Assembly: GCA_022800755.1 (NCBI GenBank)
Contig: JAAWQX010000008.1
Span: forward strand, 16,675 to 80,674
From: Oscillospiraceae bacterium
Lineage (GTDB): Bacteria; Bacillota; Clostridia; Oscillospirales; Oscillospiraceae
Reading direction: 5' to 3'
Length of the DNA: 64,000 nucleotides
Shown here one piece after another: positions 37,152-47,824 of the stretch. Below the pieces are notes generated by a model, which did not search any database, had not been told where the DNA came from, and saw only the letters and a list, made by a program, of their open reading frames with translations. Each line of letters starts with the position of its first letter. Positions within the stretch are counted from its first letter, which is position 1. A program made the translations under genes and the position numbers.

Positions 37152-38228
37152 TTAATCGGCGGAATCCCGCGAATAGTCTTTCCAGGTCAGCCAGGTGGAA
37201 AGCTCGGTCATGACGCTGTCGGTCAAGGTAGTTCCATATCCGGACCAGGGGACCATAAGCGTGGTATCCGATTTTCGGGTGAAGCGGGCGGCGATGGTAG
37301 AACCTTTTCCCGGAGCGCTTTGGATGATGATGGTTCCATTGTGCAGCCGGGCGATTTGTTCCGCTACGGCTAGGCCCAAACCGGCGGAGATTTGTCCGCT
37401 GTCCAGCACCACAGGCTTGTTATACCGGGAGAAAATGCCGGACAACTCCTCCGGCGGAATGCCGTTGCCGTTGTCAGCCACGGTAATGGAAAATTGGGTC
37501 GTGTTAGCCCGCAGAATCAGCTGAATTTTACCGCCGGAGGGCGTGTTGATGAGGCTGTTGGACAGAAGATTCAGCAGCATTACCCGGCATAACTCCGGGT
37601 CCACGCTGGCCAGCACTTCAGTCTCCGGGACGAACTCCAGCTTGATACCATGGGCTTGCGCCAGGTCAAATACAGCTTCTACCACAGCGGCGCATATCTG
37701 GTTAACGGATACCGTGATCGGCTGAAATGGCTGCGTGTTGCTCATGCAGGCGGTAAGCAGGGAATAATTGCTTACCAGGCGCTTGAGTTTGCTGGAATTA
37801 TGGAGCATAATGGCTGCGTAACGGTCCATTTTTTCGTCGTGGTAGCGTTCAGACTGATGCATGATCTGTCCCGAGGTGACCTTGATCGTGTTGGCGAGTT
37901 CCCGGATATAGACGGAAAAAGGAAGCTGCACAGGTTTTTCTTCCCCAAGATCGGGAATGATAAAGCTGAACAAACGGAGATCCGCAAAGCTGGTGCAGGA
38001 GATCGTAGCAGTTTTCCCCTCAATGACCGCCGACGCGATGAACGGATACTCCCGCACAGACAGTACGGTTTCCGGGACGATCTCGGAGATCAGATGTCTG
38101 GTCAGATCGGAGCCAAACAGCGTTACGGCAGAGGGATTCATGCTGACGATCAGTCCGTTGCGCTCGCAGACGACAGGGTCACGGGACAGGGAAAACAATT
38201 GGCCAATGCTGGGTGTATCGATTTTCAT
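37152..38228 (-). CDS. Orphan cytoplasmic histidine-kinase-like protein (PAS-like N-terminus, DHp-like, HATPase_c)
   Basis: Start at MKIDTPSIG (cat 38226-38228) with RBS GGAGG. N box LLNLLSNSLINT, G1 DNGNGI, G2 GLGLAVA. No TM. No response regulator nearby. Confidence 0.75.
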   Translation of the reverse strand: MKIDTPSIGQLFSLSRDPVVCERNGLIVSMNPSAVTLFGSDLTRHLISEIVPETVLSVREYPFIASAVIEGKTATISCTSFADLRLFSFIIPDLGEEKPVQLPFSVYIRELANTIKVTSGQIMHQSERYHDEKMDRYAAIMLHNSSKLKRLVSNYSLLTACMSNTQPFQPITVSVNQICAAVVEAVFDLAQAHGIKLEFVPETEVLASVDPELCRVMLLNLLSNSLINTPSGGKIQLILRANTTQFSITVADNGNGIPPEELSGIFSRYNKPVVLDSGQISAGLGLAVAEQIARLHNGTIIIQSAPGKGSTIAARFTRKSDTTLMVPWSGYGTTLTDSVMTELSTWLTWKDYSRDSAD

Positions 38229-38353
38229 GGAAAACCTCCGGCAATGAAAAATCATATTCTGGGCAGTTTTTGTTAAAAAAACTACTTGAAGAAATTTACA
38301 ATTCGTATTATTATAATACACGACATGGTCTCAAAACTCAATGAATTTGTTGA

Positions 38354-39469
<1,116 letters not shown>

Positions 39470-39493
39470 GCCACGGAATTTACAAAAAGTTCA

Positions 39494-39534
39494 AAGCGGA
39501 GACCGCCGATGTGACGGTCTCCGCTTGATTTTTC
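39494..39534 (+). terminator. Rho-independent terminator
   Basis: aagcggagaccg-9 nt-cggtctccgctt followed by gattttt. Confidence 0.8.
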
Positions 39535-39605
39535 CTGCGGGATAGTGTATCATTGCCAAGTATTTGAAGAACGAAAAGCATTTTGCAGGATTCGGAGGCG
39601 ATGAT

Positions 39606-41216
39606 TTGGCTGGCGCGAAGAAGCAGAACTTTCTCCACGGCGCGGTGATCTTAACGGTGGCATTGATTGTTGTAAAGATACTGGGCGCTGTTTATAAAAT
39701 CCCTCTGGGGAACATCCTGGGGGATGACGGTTATGGTTATTTTCTGGCGGCCTATACGGTGTATAACGTGTTTTACACGGTGTCCACGGCCGGTGTGCCG
39801 GTGGCATTGTCCCGATTGATCGCGGCATCTGAGGCCAATGAGCGGACCATGCAGATCCGGCGGTATTTCCGGGTGGCGCTGATCACTTTTTTTGTGGTAG
39901 GCGTGATTTGCTCGCTGGTGATGTTCGTATTCCCCAATGAACTGGCGACGATGATCCATCATCCCCGGTCTGCCCAGAGCATTTGGGCGCTGGCGCCCAG
40001 CGTGCTGCTGTGCTGTATGCTGGCAGTGTACCGCGGATATTTCCAGGGACGCTCCAATATGTTTCCCACGGCGGTATCTCAGGTGCTGGAGGTACTATTT
40101 AAGGTCATATTCGGACTGGCGCTGGTAGTGGTGTTCCGAAACATGGGGCGCAGTCTTCCGCTGCAAAGCGCTGCGGCGATCTCCGGGGTGACAGTGGGTT
40201 CACTGGCGGCGCTGTTGTATCTCATTGTCCATAAGCGCAGGAACTATGGGGATACGCCGCTGCCGGCGCAGCAGGCGGATGTCCCCGACAGCTACATCAA
40301 TACGCTCAAGGCACTGCTCATTGTAGCCATCCCAATTTCTATCGGCGCATCGGTGCAGAGCGTGATTAACCTCATCGATACTTGGCAGATGGGCCTGCTG
40401 CAAAGCGGCGCGGGCTTATCCCAGCCGGTGGCTGACGTGTTGTACGGTGTGTATGGTAAGGCTCAAACCCTGTACAATCTGCCGGCGACCATTATCTCTT
40501 CTTTGTCTGTGAGTGTGGTGCCGGCGGTGGCGGCGCAGTTGGCACTGAAAAATTTCCGAAGCGCGAAAAAAACATCGGAGACTGCGCTGCGCATTACGGC
40601 AGTTTTGGCTTTGCCTATGGCGGTTGGGCTTTGCGTGTTGAGTACGCCCATTATGAAAGTCATCTACTGGAGTGCCGCGGAGCAGGGCGGACAATTGCTG
40701 ATGATTTTGGGCGCGGCATCGTTCTTCCTTTGTATGGTGACGGTGATGACCGGAATTTTACAGGCGGCAGGGAAGGAGCGGCTGCCCGTAATCGCGGCGG
40801 TGATTGGCGGCATCGTGAAGATCGGTGTGAACTGGATGCTCATTTCCCGGCCGGAAGTGAATATTTTCGGCGCTGCCATCGGGACTGTGTGCTGTTTCTT
40901 TGTGATTTGCCTGTTGGATTTCCTGTTTATGAAGCAGTGCTTCGGGGAATATCCTCATTTGGGGAAGATCCTGATTCGGCCGCTCGTCAGTACGGCGGTG
41001 ATGGGGCTTTCAGCCTTTGGTGTATACCAACTTTGTCGCTTGATCGTTGGCGATGATCCTGGACGAATGCTCATGATGGTCTACCTGGCGGCATCCATCG
41101 GTGCGGCGGTGATCGTGTATTTGGTGATGATCATTGTGACCCGGTCTGTCACGGAGGAGGATATGAAGCTGGTACCTGGGGGCGAGAAAATCGCCAAAAT
41201 CTTGAAAATGTCTTGA
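39606..41216 (+). CDS. MOP-superfamily flippase, SpoVB/MurJ-like (start uncertain, 39564-39606)
   Basis: The in-frame TTG at 39606 is preceded by GGAGG with a 7-nt spacer. 14-TM polysaccharide-biosynthesis/SpoVB-like sequence (ILGAVYKIPLGNILGDDGYGYF). Confidence 0.7.
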   Translation: MAGAKKQNFLHGAVILTVALIVVKILGAVYKIPLGNILGDDGYGYFLAAYTVYNVFYTVSTAGVPVALSRLIAASEANERTMQIRRYFRVALITFFVVGVICSLVMFVFPNELATMIHHPRSAQSIWALAPSVLLCCMLAVYRGYFQGRSNMFPTAVSQVLEVLFKVIFGLALVVVFRNMGRSLPLQSAAAISGVTVGSLAALLYLIVHKRRNYGDTPLPAQQADVPDSYINTLKALLIVAIPISIGASVQSVINLIDTWQMGLLQSGAGLSQPVADVLYGVYGKAQTLYNLPATIISSLSVSVVPAVAAQLALKNFRSAKKTSETALRITAVLALPMAVGLCVLSTPIMKVIYWSAAEQGGQLLMILGAASFFLCMVTVMTGILQAAGKERLPVIAAVIGGIVKIGVNWMLISRPEVNIFGAAIGTVCCFFVICLLDFLFMKQCFGEYPHLGKILIRPLVSTAVMGLSAFGVYQLCRLIVGDDPGRMLMMVYLAASIGAAVIVYLVMIIVTRSVTEEDMKLVPGGEKIAKILKMS

Positions 41217-41294
41217 TTTTTAAGGATTTTTATTGACTTTTCTGGTACAAAATGATATAACCATATCTGTTGTTATTTTCCGTGAGGGTTTGCT

Positions 41295-42128
41295 ATGAAA
41301 GGGTTTACGCCAAAACAGCAGTATGATTTCAGTGACTTTGTGTCTCTGATTGCATTTCTTCGTTCGAAGGACGGCTGCCCTTGGGACCAGGTGCAGACTC
41401 ACCAGAGTATTCGGCGCAACCTTTTGGAAGAGGCCTATGAGTTGTGTGAGACTATCGATGACGAAGATACCGCGCATATGCAGGAAGAATTAGGCGATGT
41501 GCTCATGCAGGTACTGTTCCATACGGATATGGAAGCCAGCGCCGGACATTTTACACTGGATGATGTGGCGGATATGGCCTGTAAGAAGCTGGTTTACCGG
41601 CACCCAAACCTGTTCGGAGAGAAAACGGACCTGGATTGGGAAGCACTGAAGCGCAGTGAGCGTGGTCAGGAGACGATTGCTTCCACCATGGCGTCAGTGG
41701 CAAAGTCGCTGCCAGCCTTGTGGCGGGCGGAGAAGATTCAGAAAAAAGCCGCGAAGGTAGGCTTTGACTGGCCGGATGTCCACGATGCACTGGAGAAGGT
41801 AGCGGAAGAGGCACAGGAACTGCGCCAGGGAATCGACCGAAATGACCGGGAGAATATGATGGAAGAAGTTGGCGACCTTATATTTGCCGCCGTGGATGTG
41901 GCCCGTATGTGCGGGATCGATCCAGAACAAGCTGTCCATCAAGCCTGTGAAAAATCTATGCGCCGCTTCGCGTTTATTGAATCCGAAGCCGCAAAATCAG
42001 GGCGGCACCTGGAAGATATGACCCTAGGCGAGTTGGAGGAACTGCACCAGAAAGCCCGGCAGACGCTGGAGGGGAAAACTCCGGTGTATGACAAGCTGGA
42101 GTATTTTAACTCCCTGAAATCGCAATAA
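41295..42128 (+). CDS. mazG: MazG nucleoside triphosphate pyrophosphohydrolase (tandem MazG domains)
   Basis: CPWDQVQTHQSIRRNLLEEAYE and a second EE.GDL.F motif. Confidence 0.85.
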   Translation: MKGFTPKQQYDFSDFVSLIAFLRSKDGCPWDQVQTHQSIRRNLLEEAYELCETIDDEDTAHMQEELGDVLMQVLFHTDMEASAGHFTLDDVADMACKKLVYRHPNLFGEKTDLDWEALKRSERGQETIASTMASVAKSLPALWRAEKIQKKAAKVGFDWPDVHDALEKVAEEAQELRQGIDRNDRENMMEEVGDLIFAAVDVARMCGIDPEQAVHQACEKSMRRFAFIESEAAKSGRHLEDMTLGELEELHQKARQTLEGKTPVYDKLEYFNSLKSQ

Positions 42129-42184
42129 ATCGCTATGGGGCGGTTTATGATAGAAAGAATTTGAACTTTAGGAGGAAATTAGGC

Positions 42185-42460
42185 ATGAACAAGACCGAAC
42201 TCGTCGCTTCCGTAGCGGAGAAGGCAGAACTGTCTAAGAAAGATGCGGAGAAAGCCGTCGCCGCGATGCTGGAGAGCGTTGAAGAAGCGCTGAAGGCTGG
42301 CGATAAGGTTGCACTGGTCGGCTTTGGCACTTTTGAAGTCAAAGAGCGTGCCGCTCGCACCGGCAAGAATCCCCGTACTGGCGAGGCTGTCAAAATCCCC
42401 GCTGCCCGCGTTCCCGTATTCAAGGCCGGCAAGGGCTTGAAGGACGTTGTGGCGAAGTAA
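42185..42460 (+). CDS. hup: HU-family DNA-binding protein
   Basis: MNKTELVASVAEKAELSKKDAEKAV...RTGKNPRTGE..IPA. RBS aggagg. Confidence 0.9.
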   Translation: MNKTELVASVAEKAELSKKDAEKAVAAMLESVEEALKAGDKVALVGFGTFEVKERAARTGKNPRTGEAVKIPAARVPVFKAGKGLKDVVAK

Positions 42461-42597
42461 TCCAAAACAGAGAAAAAGACGTCTTTAGAAACAGGGTCTG
42501 CTCCGTGGGAGTGGGCCTTGTTTCGCTTTTTTCGGATTCGTCATTTCCGGGCTTGAAATTCTATGATCCGCCCGCAGGTTCCGACGGACTTTTTTGA

Positions 42598-42621
42598 TTA
42601 ACATAATTATAATTATGTTAA
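42598..42621. repeat. Perfect 24-bp palindrome overlapping the putative -10 of spoIIE
   Basis: TTAACATAATTA|TAATTATGTTAA, checked base by base. Contains TATAAT. Lies 28 nt upstream of the spoIIE ATG. Confidence 0.9.
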
Positions 42622-42648
42622 CGAGTTAGACCATCGGAGGACAAAACA

Positions 42649-44970
42649 ATGGCAGATAGGATCAAACAGGCGATCATGACCCGGCGGGGCGGCGCGGATG
42701 AGGAAACACAGAAAAAGGCCATGGGTGCGGCATTGTATTTTGCCTTGGGCTTTGCGATGTCCGGGGCGAAAATGATCGGGGAAGTATCTCCCTTCGGCGC
42801 GGCGCTGGTGGCGGCTGCGGGACCGGGCTTAGGCGGCGTGGCGGCGCTGCTGGGCGCGTGCCTGGGTTATGTGCTGCTGGGTGGTTTGGACTGGGGGATC
42901 AAATATGTTGCTTGCTGCGTTTTGATCTATACTGCGTCATTTGCCTTTCAAGACTTGACTTTGAGCAGGAAGCCGGCGTTCATGCCCTGCATTACAGCTG
43001 CTATTGCATTGATGACTGCCATGCTGGGGAGCATTTCCATCACCCGGCAGACCCTTCCCACGGCCGCGCGGCTGTTTTTGGAGGTCGTTTTAGCAGGCGG
43101 GTGCGCGTATTTCTTTGCGGATGCCTTGTCCGGGACGGAACGGGTCACGGAACGCGGCGAAACACGCCGGAGTATTGCCTGGGTGATTCTGTTGGCCTGC
43201 TTGATGATGTCGGTGTCCCGGCTGACGATATTTGGCTTTATTTCTATCGGGCGCATCGGGTGTAACCTGATCGTTATGCTCTCAGCTTTGACGGCGGGCA
43301 TGTTCACCGGCTGCACGGTGGGGACCGCTATGGGCATCGCGATGGACGCGGCAATTTCCATGGCACCGTTTTTCACGATGGCTTACGCACTGTGCGGCGT
43401 GCTCTCTGGGGTGTTTTCCAAGCATGGAAAGCTGGTGTTCCTGCTGTCCTATATCGCGGCTAATACGCTGGCTGTGATCTGCGCGTGGACCACAGGCAGC
43501 CGGATCGAATCGATGTATGAAGTGTTCATAGCGTCTGTGATTTTTTTGCTTGTCCCCAAAAGCACGTTGGGAAAATTGGGCATTTTGTTTAAAAGTACGT
43601 CCATGGGCTGTGGGGATGTGGGTCTGCGCCGGTATACGGCGGGACGCATTTACGGCATGGGGACTGCTTTTTCCTCCTTATGCGACGCAGTCAAAAACGC
43701 AGCGGAGGCGGAGAGCAATGATAATGACATTTCCACTGTGTTCGATCGGGCGGCAGACCAGGTGTGCGTCAAATGCAAACGGAAAAGTGAGTGCTGGACG
43801 AAGCATTACATAGATACGCTGAACGTTTTGAACGATGCCACGGCAAATATGCGGACCCGGGGGAAATTGGAAGAGGACGATCTGCCGGACTATTTCCGGG
43901 AACAGTGCAGCCATCTTGCCGCGTTTGTGTCTGCGGTGAACGAGGAATTGCGGCGCAGTGCCTATCGGAATATGATGAAGATGCGGCTGGACGAAAATAC
44001 CCGGGCGGTTTTGGGGCAGTACGCGGATTTTTCTGACATTTTGTGCGAGGTATCTCAAGAAATGGGCGGGCCTTACGGCGCTGATCCGTTGGCGGAACGG
44101 CGGTTGATCCGATATCTGAATTCCTTGGACATTCCGGCAGATACGGCGGTGTTCCGGGACGGAACAGGCCGGCTGCGCATTACCATTGAAAGCGGACGGC
44201 TGGCGGCGCTGACCGGGATACCGGGGTACCTGGACAAGCTGTCCGAAGTTCTGGGGGTGCGGTTGTGCCGCCCAGAAGAAACCCAAAGCGCCCAAGGACG
44301 GCTGCTGTTGTTGGAGGCTGAACCCTTGGCGGTCACAGTTGGGATCGCGGCTATGAAAAAGAAAGGGGAGAAGGTCAACGGAGATAAGGGGCGGTATTTC
44401 AAGACCGACAGCGGGGAATTGTGCGTGATTTTGTCCGACGGGCTGGGGACCGGTCCGGACGCTGCCAAGGAAAGCACCGTGGTGGTCGATCTGCTGGAAA
44501 AATTTCTCCGCAGCGGCGTGTCTCCGTCGGCGGCCATGAAAATCCTAAATTCCGTGATGCTGTTGAAAAACCGGGACGAGTGGGGCTACGCTACCATTGA
44601 CTTAATGTGTGTGGACCTGTTTTCCGGGGAAGCCTGTTTTTATAAATACGGCGCCGCGCCGTCTTATATTAAGACAGCCAAGGGGATTCGCAAGATCAAA
44701 TGTGATACGCTGTGTGCCGGAATGGGAACCGGAGGACAAAGTTCACCGGATATAGTACGGATGATGCTTCGGCCTGGGAATATCGCTGTAATCGCCAGCG
44801 ATGGCGTTACCGCCGGAAAAACAGATGAGGAAATGAAAGAATTGATCGAAGCCAACGCAGATGCGGAAATGAAGGATCTGGCCCGTCAGGTGCTTCTGGC
44901 GGCGCAGCAGGAAGATGGGCAAAGCGACGATATGACGGTATTGGCCGTCCGTTTGGAGGCGCGCAAATGA
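42649..44970 (+). CDS. spoIIE: Stage II sporulation protein E (membrane PP2C phosphatase)
   Basis: About 10 N-terminal TM segments, a central regulatory region, and a C-terminal PP2C/SpoIIE domain (LSDGLGTGPDAAKES ... IASDGV ... DDMTVLAVRL). Confidence 0.9.
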   Translation: MADRIKQAIMTRRGGADEETQKKAMGAALYFALGFAMSGAKMIGEVSPFGAALVAAAGPGLGGVAALLGACLGYVLLGGLDWGIKYVACCVLIYTASFAFQDLTLSRKPAFMPCITAAIALMTAMLGSISITRQTLPTAARLFLEVVLAGGCAYFFADALSGTERVTERGETRRSIAWVILLACLMMSVSRLTIFGFISIGRIGCNLIVMLSALTAGMFTGCTVGTAMGIAMDAAISMAPFFTMAYALCGVLSGVFSKHGKLVFLLSYIAANTLAVICAWTTGSRIESMYEVFIASVIFLLVPKSTLGKLGILFKSTSMGCGDVGLRRYTAGRIYGMGTAFSSLCDAVKNAAEAESNDNDISTVFDRAADQVCVKCKRKSECWTKHYIDTLNVLNDATANMRTRGKLEEDDLPDYFREQCSHLAAFVSAVNEELRRSAYRNMMKMRLDENTRAVLGQYADFSDILCEVSQEMGGPYGADPLAERRLIRYLNSLDIPADTAVFRDGTGRLRITIESGRLAALTGIPGYLDKLSEVLGVRLCRPEETQSAQGRLLLLEAEPLAVTVGIAAMKKKGEKVNGDKGRYFKTDSGELCVILSDGLGTGPDAAKESTVVVDLLEKFLRSGVSPSAAMKILNSVMLLKNRDEWGYATIDLMCVDLFSGEACFYKYGAAPSYIKTAKGIRKIKCDTLCAGMGTGGQSSPDIVRMMLRPGNIAVIASDGVTAGKTDEEMKELIEANADAEMKDLARQVLLAAQQEDGQSDDMTVLAVRLEARK

Positions 44971-45347
44971 TGGGGATGCCGGAAAAAACCCGAAAACAGC
45001 GCTTGTATAACTCCGCCAGATTTCGGTTAAACTGGAATCATCGACCCAAAAGACAGGAGGCAGGCAGTGTGTTAAAGGGCCTTTCACGAAAAGTGATTAT
45101 CGTCAAATCGCCGGACCCAGAAATTTTTGAGCAGGCGATCTTCATTGTGCGGGATGATTTTTTGTCCAGCCAGGGCATCGGGGAAAAGGAATTACTCCGG
45201 CAAGCCCAGGCGGCGGCGAACGGTTATGTGGAAAATACCCACGGTTGGCATCGGTTTCACCGGCTGCCCGCTTGGGGCTGGGCCGGAATCGGCGCGGGAC
45301 TTCTGAGCTGCGGCTGGGTCCTGCTGCGGGTGTTCGGTGTGGCGTAA
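44967..45347 (+). CDS. Hypothetical protein with C-terminal TM segment
   Basis: ATGA overlap with spoIIE. Basic N-terminus and C-terminal hydrophobic WGWAGIGAGLLSCGWVLLRVF. I do not recognise a family. Confidence 0.4.
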   Translation: MMGMPEKTRKQRLYNSARFRLNWNHRPKRQEAGSVLKGLSRKVIIVKSPDPEIFEQAIFIVRDDFLSSQGIGEKELLRQAQAAANGYVENTHGWHRFHRLPAWGWAGIGAGLLSCGWVLLRVFGVA

Positions 45348-45356
45348 AAGATCTGA

Positions 45357-45390
45357 AACGCTCTTCGCTTACTGCGAAGGGCGTTTTTTC
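45357..45390 (+). terminator. Rho-independent terminator
   Basis: aacgctcttcgc-ttact-gcgaagggcgtt followed by tttttc. Confidence 0.75.
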
Positions 45391-45482
45391 TGGCCGAGAT
45401 GGCCTATTTTTGTGTTGTACATTTCAAAAGAAAGTGGTAAAATACATTGTTATGAGAATCGCGCCGGAAGGGAGGGCTTGTG

Positions 45483-46877
45483 ATGACCAATCAGAATTAC
45501 GATTACGACGCATTACGCGCGCAGATGCAGGCCCTGCTGGCAGAAAAACGCACGACCGGGCTTCGATCGCTGCTGACTGAAATGAACAGCTTTGACGTCG
45601 CGGAGTTCCTTACGGAACTGCGGGAGGACAGCGAGCAGCTGATGGTACTGGTCTATCTGCTGCTGTCCAAGGAGCAGGGGGCGGAAGTGTTCGCGGAACT
45701 GGATACTCCGGAACAGGAGCTTATCATCAATTCTATTTCCGATTCCCAATTGGGCGCGATTATCGAGGAAATGTATGTGGACGATGCGGTAGACTTGATG
45801 GAGGAACTGCCGGCGAATGTGGTCAAACGCGTGATGCGCGCGGCTACGCCGGAGACGCGGACGCTCATCAATCAATATCTGAAATACCCGGAAAATTCCG
45901 CCGGCAGCATCATGACCGCGGAATTCATCGACTTGAAAAAATACATGAATGTCCGGGAATCCATTGCCCGTATCCGCCGGATCGGCGAGGATAAGGAGAC
46001 CATTTACGTCTGTTATGTGACCAGCGCCGACCGCAAGCTGGAAGGGGTCGTCACGGTAAAGGACCTGCTTTTGCACGACGATGACGATGTGATCTCCGAC
46101 ATCATGGATACAAATGTGATCTATACCCATACCACCGTGGACCAGGAGGACGTGGCGGACCTGATCTCTGACTACGACTTATTGGCGGTTCCTGTGGTGG
46201 ATAAGGAAAACCGTCTGGTGGGCATCATCACCGTTGACGACATCATTGACGTTATCGAAGCGGAAAATACCGAGGATATCGAAAAAATGGCCGGTATTGT
46301 CCCTACGGATACGCCTTACGCCCGGTCCAGGGTGCTTGAGATTTGGAAAAGCCGCATTCCGTGGCTGTTGTTTTTGATGCTGTCGGCCACTTTGACACAA
46401 ATGGTGCTGACGCATTATGAAGACGCGCTGGCGGTTCAGGCGGTGTTGACGGCGTATATTCCCATGCTGATGGGAACCGGAGGCAATTCCGGCAGCCAGG
46501 CGTCCACGGCGGTTATCCGCAGTTTGTCTTTGGGCGAGACGGAACCGTCTGACGTGATAAAAGTTATTTGGAGAGAGATTCGCGTAGCCGCCCTGTGCGG
46601 TGTGACATTGGCGACGGTGAATTTTATCAAGCTGCTGGCGGTGGACCGGTTGCTGCTGCAAAATCCGGCGGTGACGGTACCCGTGGCACTGACAATTTGT
46701 TTGACGCTGGTGCTGGTGGTAGTGTTCGCCAAAATGGTGGGCAGTACACTGCCTCTGCTGGCGGAAAAAATCGGAGTAGACCCGGCCGTGATGGCGGCGC
46801 CATTGATTTCCACGCTGACGGATACGGTCTCACTGTTGATTTATTTCCAATTTGCGCGTTTGGTGCTGCGCATATAA
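45483..46877 (+). CDS. mgtE: Magnesium transporter MgtE
   Basis: MgtE_N, tandem CBS and 5-TM MgtE domains (PMLMGTGGNSGSQAST). Confidence 0.9.
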   Translation: MTNQNYDYDALRAQMQALLAEKRTTGLRSLLTEMNSFDVAEFLTELREDSEQLMVLVYLLLSKEQGAEVFAELDTPEQELIINSISDSQLGAIIEEMYVDDAVDLMEELPANVVKRVMRAATPETRTLINQYLKYPENSAGSIMTAEFIDLKKYMNVRESIARIRRIGEDKETIYVCYVTSADRKLEGVVTVKDLLLHDDDDVISDIMDTNVIYTHTTVDQEDVADLISDYDLLAVPVVDKENRLVGIITVDDIIDVIEAENTEDIEKMAGIVPTDTPYARSRVLEIWKSRIPWLLFLMLSATLTQMVLTHYEDALAVQAVLTAYIPMLMGTGGNSGSQASTAVIRSLSLGETEPSDVIKVIWREIRVAALCGVTLATVNFIKLLAVDRLLLQNPAVTVPVALTICLTLVLVVVFAKMVGSTLPLLAEKIGVDPAVMAAPLISTLTDTVSLLIYFQFARLVLRI

Positions 46878-46899
46878 AGAGAAAGGGAATCTTACATAT

Positions 46900-47814
46900 A
46901 TGTCCGAAGTGATAAGCAAAATGATTATGCTGGTGGCGCTGATGTTTATCGGCTATTTTTGCGCCAAGCTGAAGATCACGGGGCCGGAATTCAACAAGAA
47001 TATCAGTGCCGTAATGATGGATGTGTTCCTGTCGGCTACAATTTTGAACTCAGTAATCAATGTGGAACCGACCATGAGCAATGGAGAAATTTTTTACATT
47101 GTCCTGCTGTTTGGCTTGATGATGGCAATTGCCATCGCCTTGAGTTGGCTGACTGTGAAGTTGCTGCGGGTGCCAAAAAGTGAGTCCGGCATCATCATGT
47201 GTTTGGTGACTTATATGAACACTGCGTTTGTGGGCTTTCCCATTGTGGAAACCGTCTATGGACCGGAAGCGGTGTTTTACGCGTCGCTGTCCGGCATTCC
47301 GTTTAACCTCATTATCTATTCTGTCGGAACCATCACCCTTTGCGGCGGCGCGACGGGGGAGAAGATCCCGCTGAAAAAAATATTCACCCCGCCGCTGGTG
47401 GTGACATTGATCGGCGCGGTGATTTTCGCGTTCCGTATCCCGTTTCCTAAGGTCGTGGAAGATACCGTTTCGACTCTGGCTGGTGCGACCATCCCCATTT
47501 CCATGCTGATCATCGGTACGAGTCTGGGCGCGATCCCCATCAAGGCGGCGGTGACGAACTGGCGAATTTATCTGGTGAGCCTGATTCGACTACTGGTATG
47601 TCCCATCGTGACGTATTTCCTATTGTCCTTGTTTGTATCCAATGAGGTGATCGTGGGCATCATCACCATTGAGGCGGCGACCCCCGCGGCCATGGTGCTG
47701 GCGGTACTGTGCATCCAGTATGACTTGGACGACAGCATTGCCTCGGAGGGAATTTTTATCAGTACGGTGATGTCCATGGTGACGATTCCGTTTGTGATCT
47801 GGCTGTTGTTGTAA
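46900..47814 (+). CDS. AEC (auxin efflux carrier) family transporter
   Basis: 10-TM membrane-transport-like sequence. ATG at 46900. Confidence 0.8.
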   Translation: MSEVISKMIMLVALMFIGYFCAKLKITGPEFNKNISAVMMDVFLSATILNSVINVEPTMSNGEIFYIVLLFGLMMAIAIALSWLTVKLLRVPKSESGIIMCLVTYMNTAFVGFPIVETVYGPEAVFYASLSGIPFNLIIYSVGTITLCGGATGEKIPLKKIFTPPLVVTLIGAVIFAFRIPFPKVVEDTVSTLAGATIPISMLIIGTSLGAIPIKAAVTNWRIYLVSLIRLLVCPIVTYFLLSLFVSNEVIVGIITIEAATPAAMVLAVLCIQYDLDDSIASEGIFISTVMSMVTIPFVIWLLL

Positions 47815-47824
47815 GGAGAGCGAA

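Noticed and set aside
45348-45482. Possible M-box (Mg2+) riboswitch upstream of mgtE.
   Set aside because: The spacer is only ~135 nt. It is taken up by the upstream terminator and a TTGTAC-17-TAAAAT promoter, which leaves ~35 nt of leader. That is too short for an M-box, and I found no conserved M-box elements.
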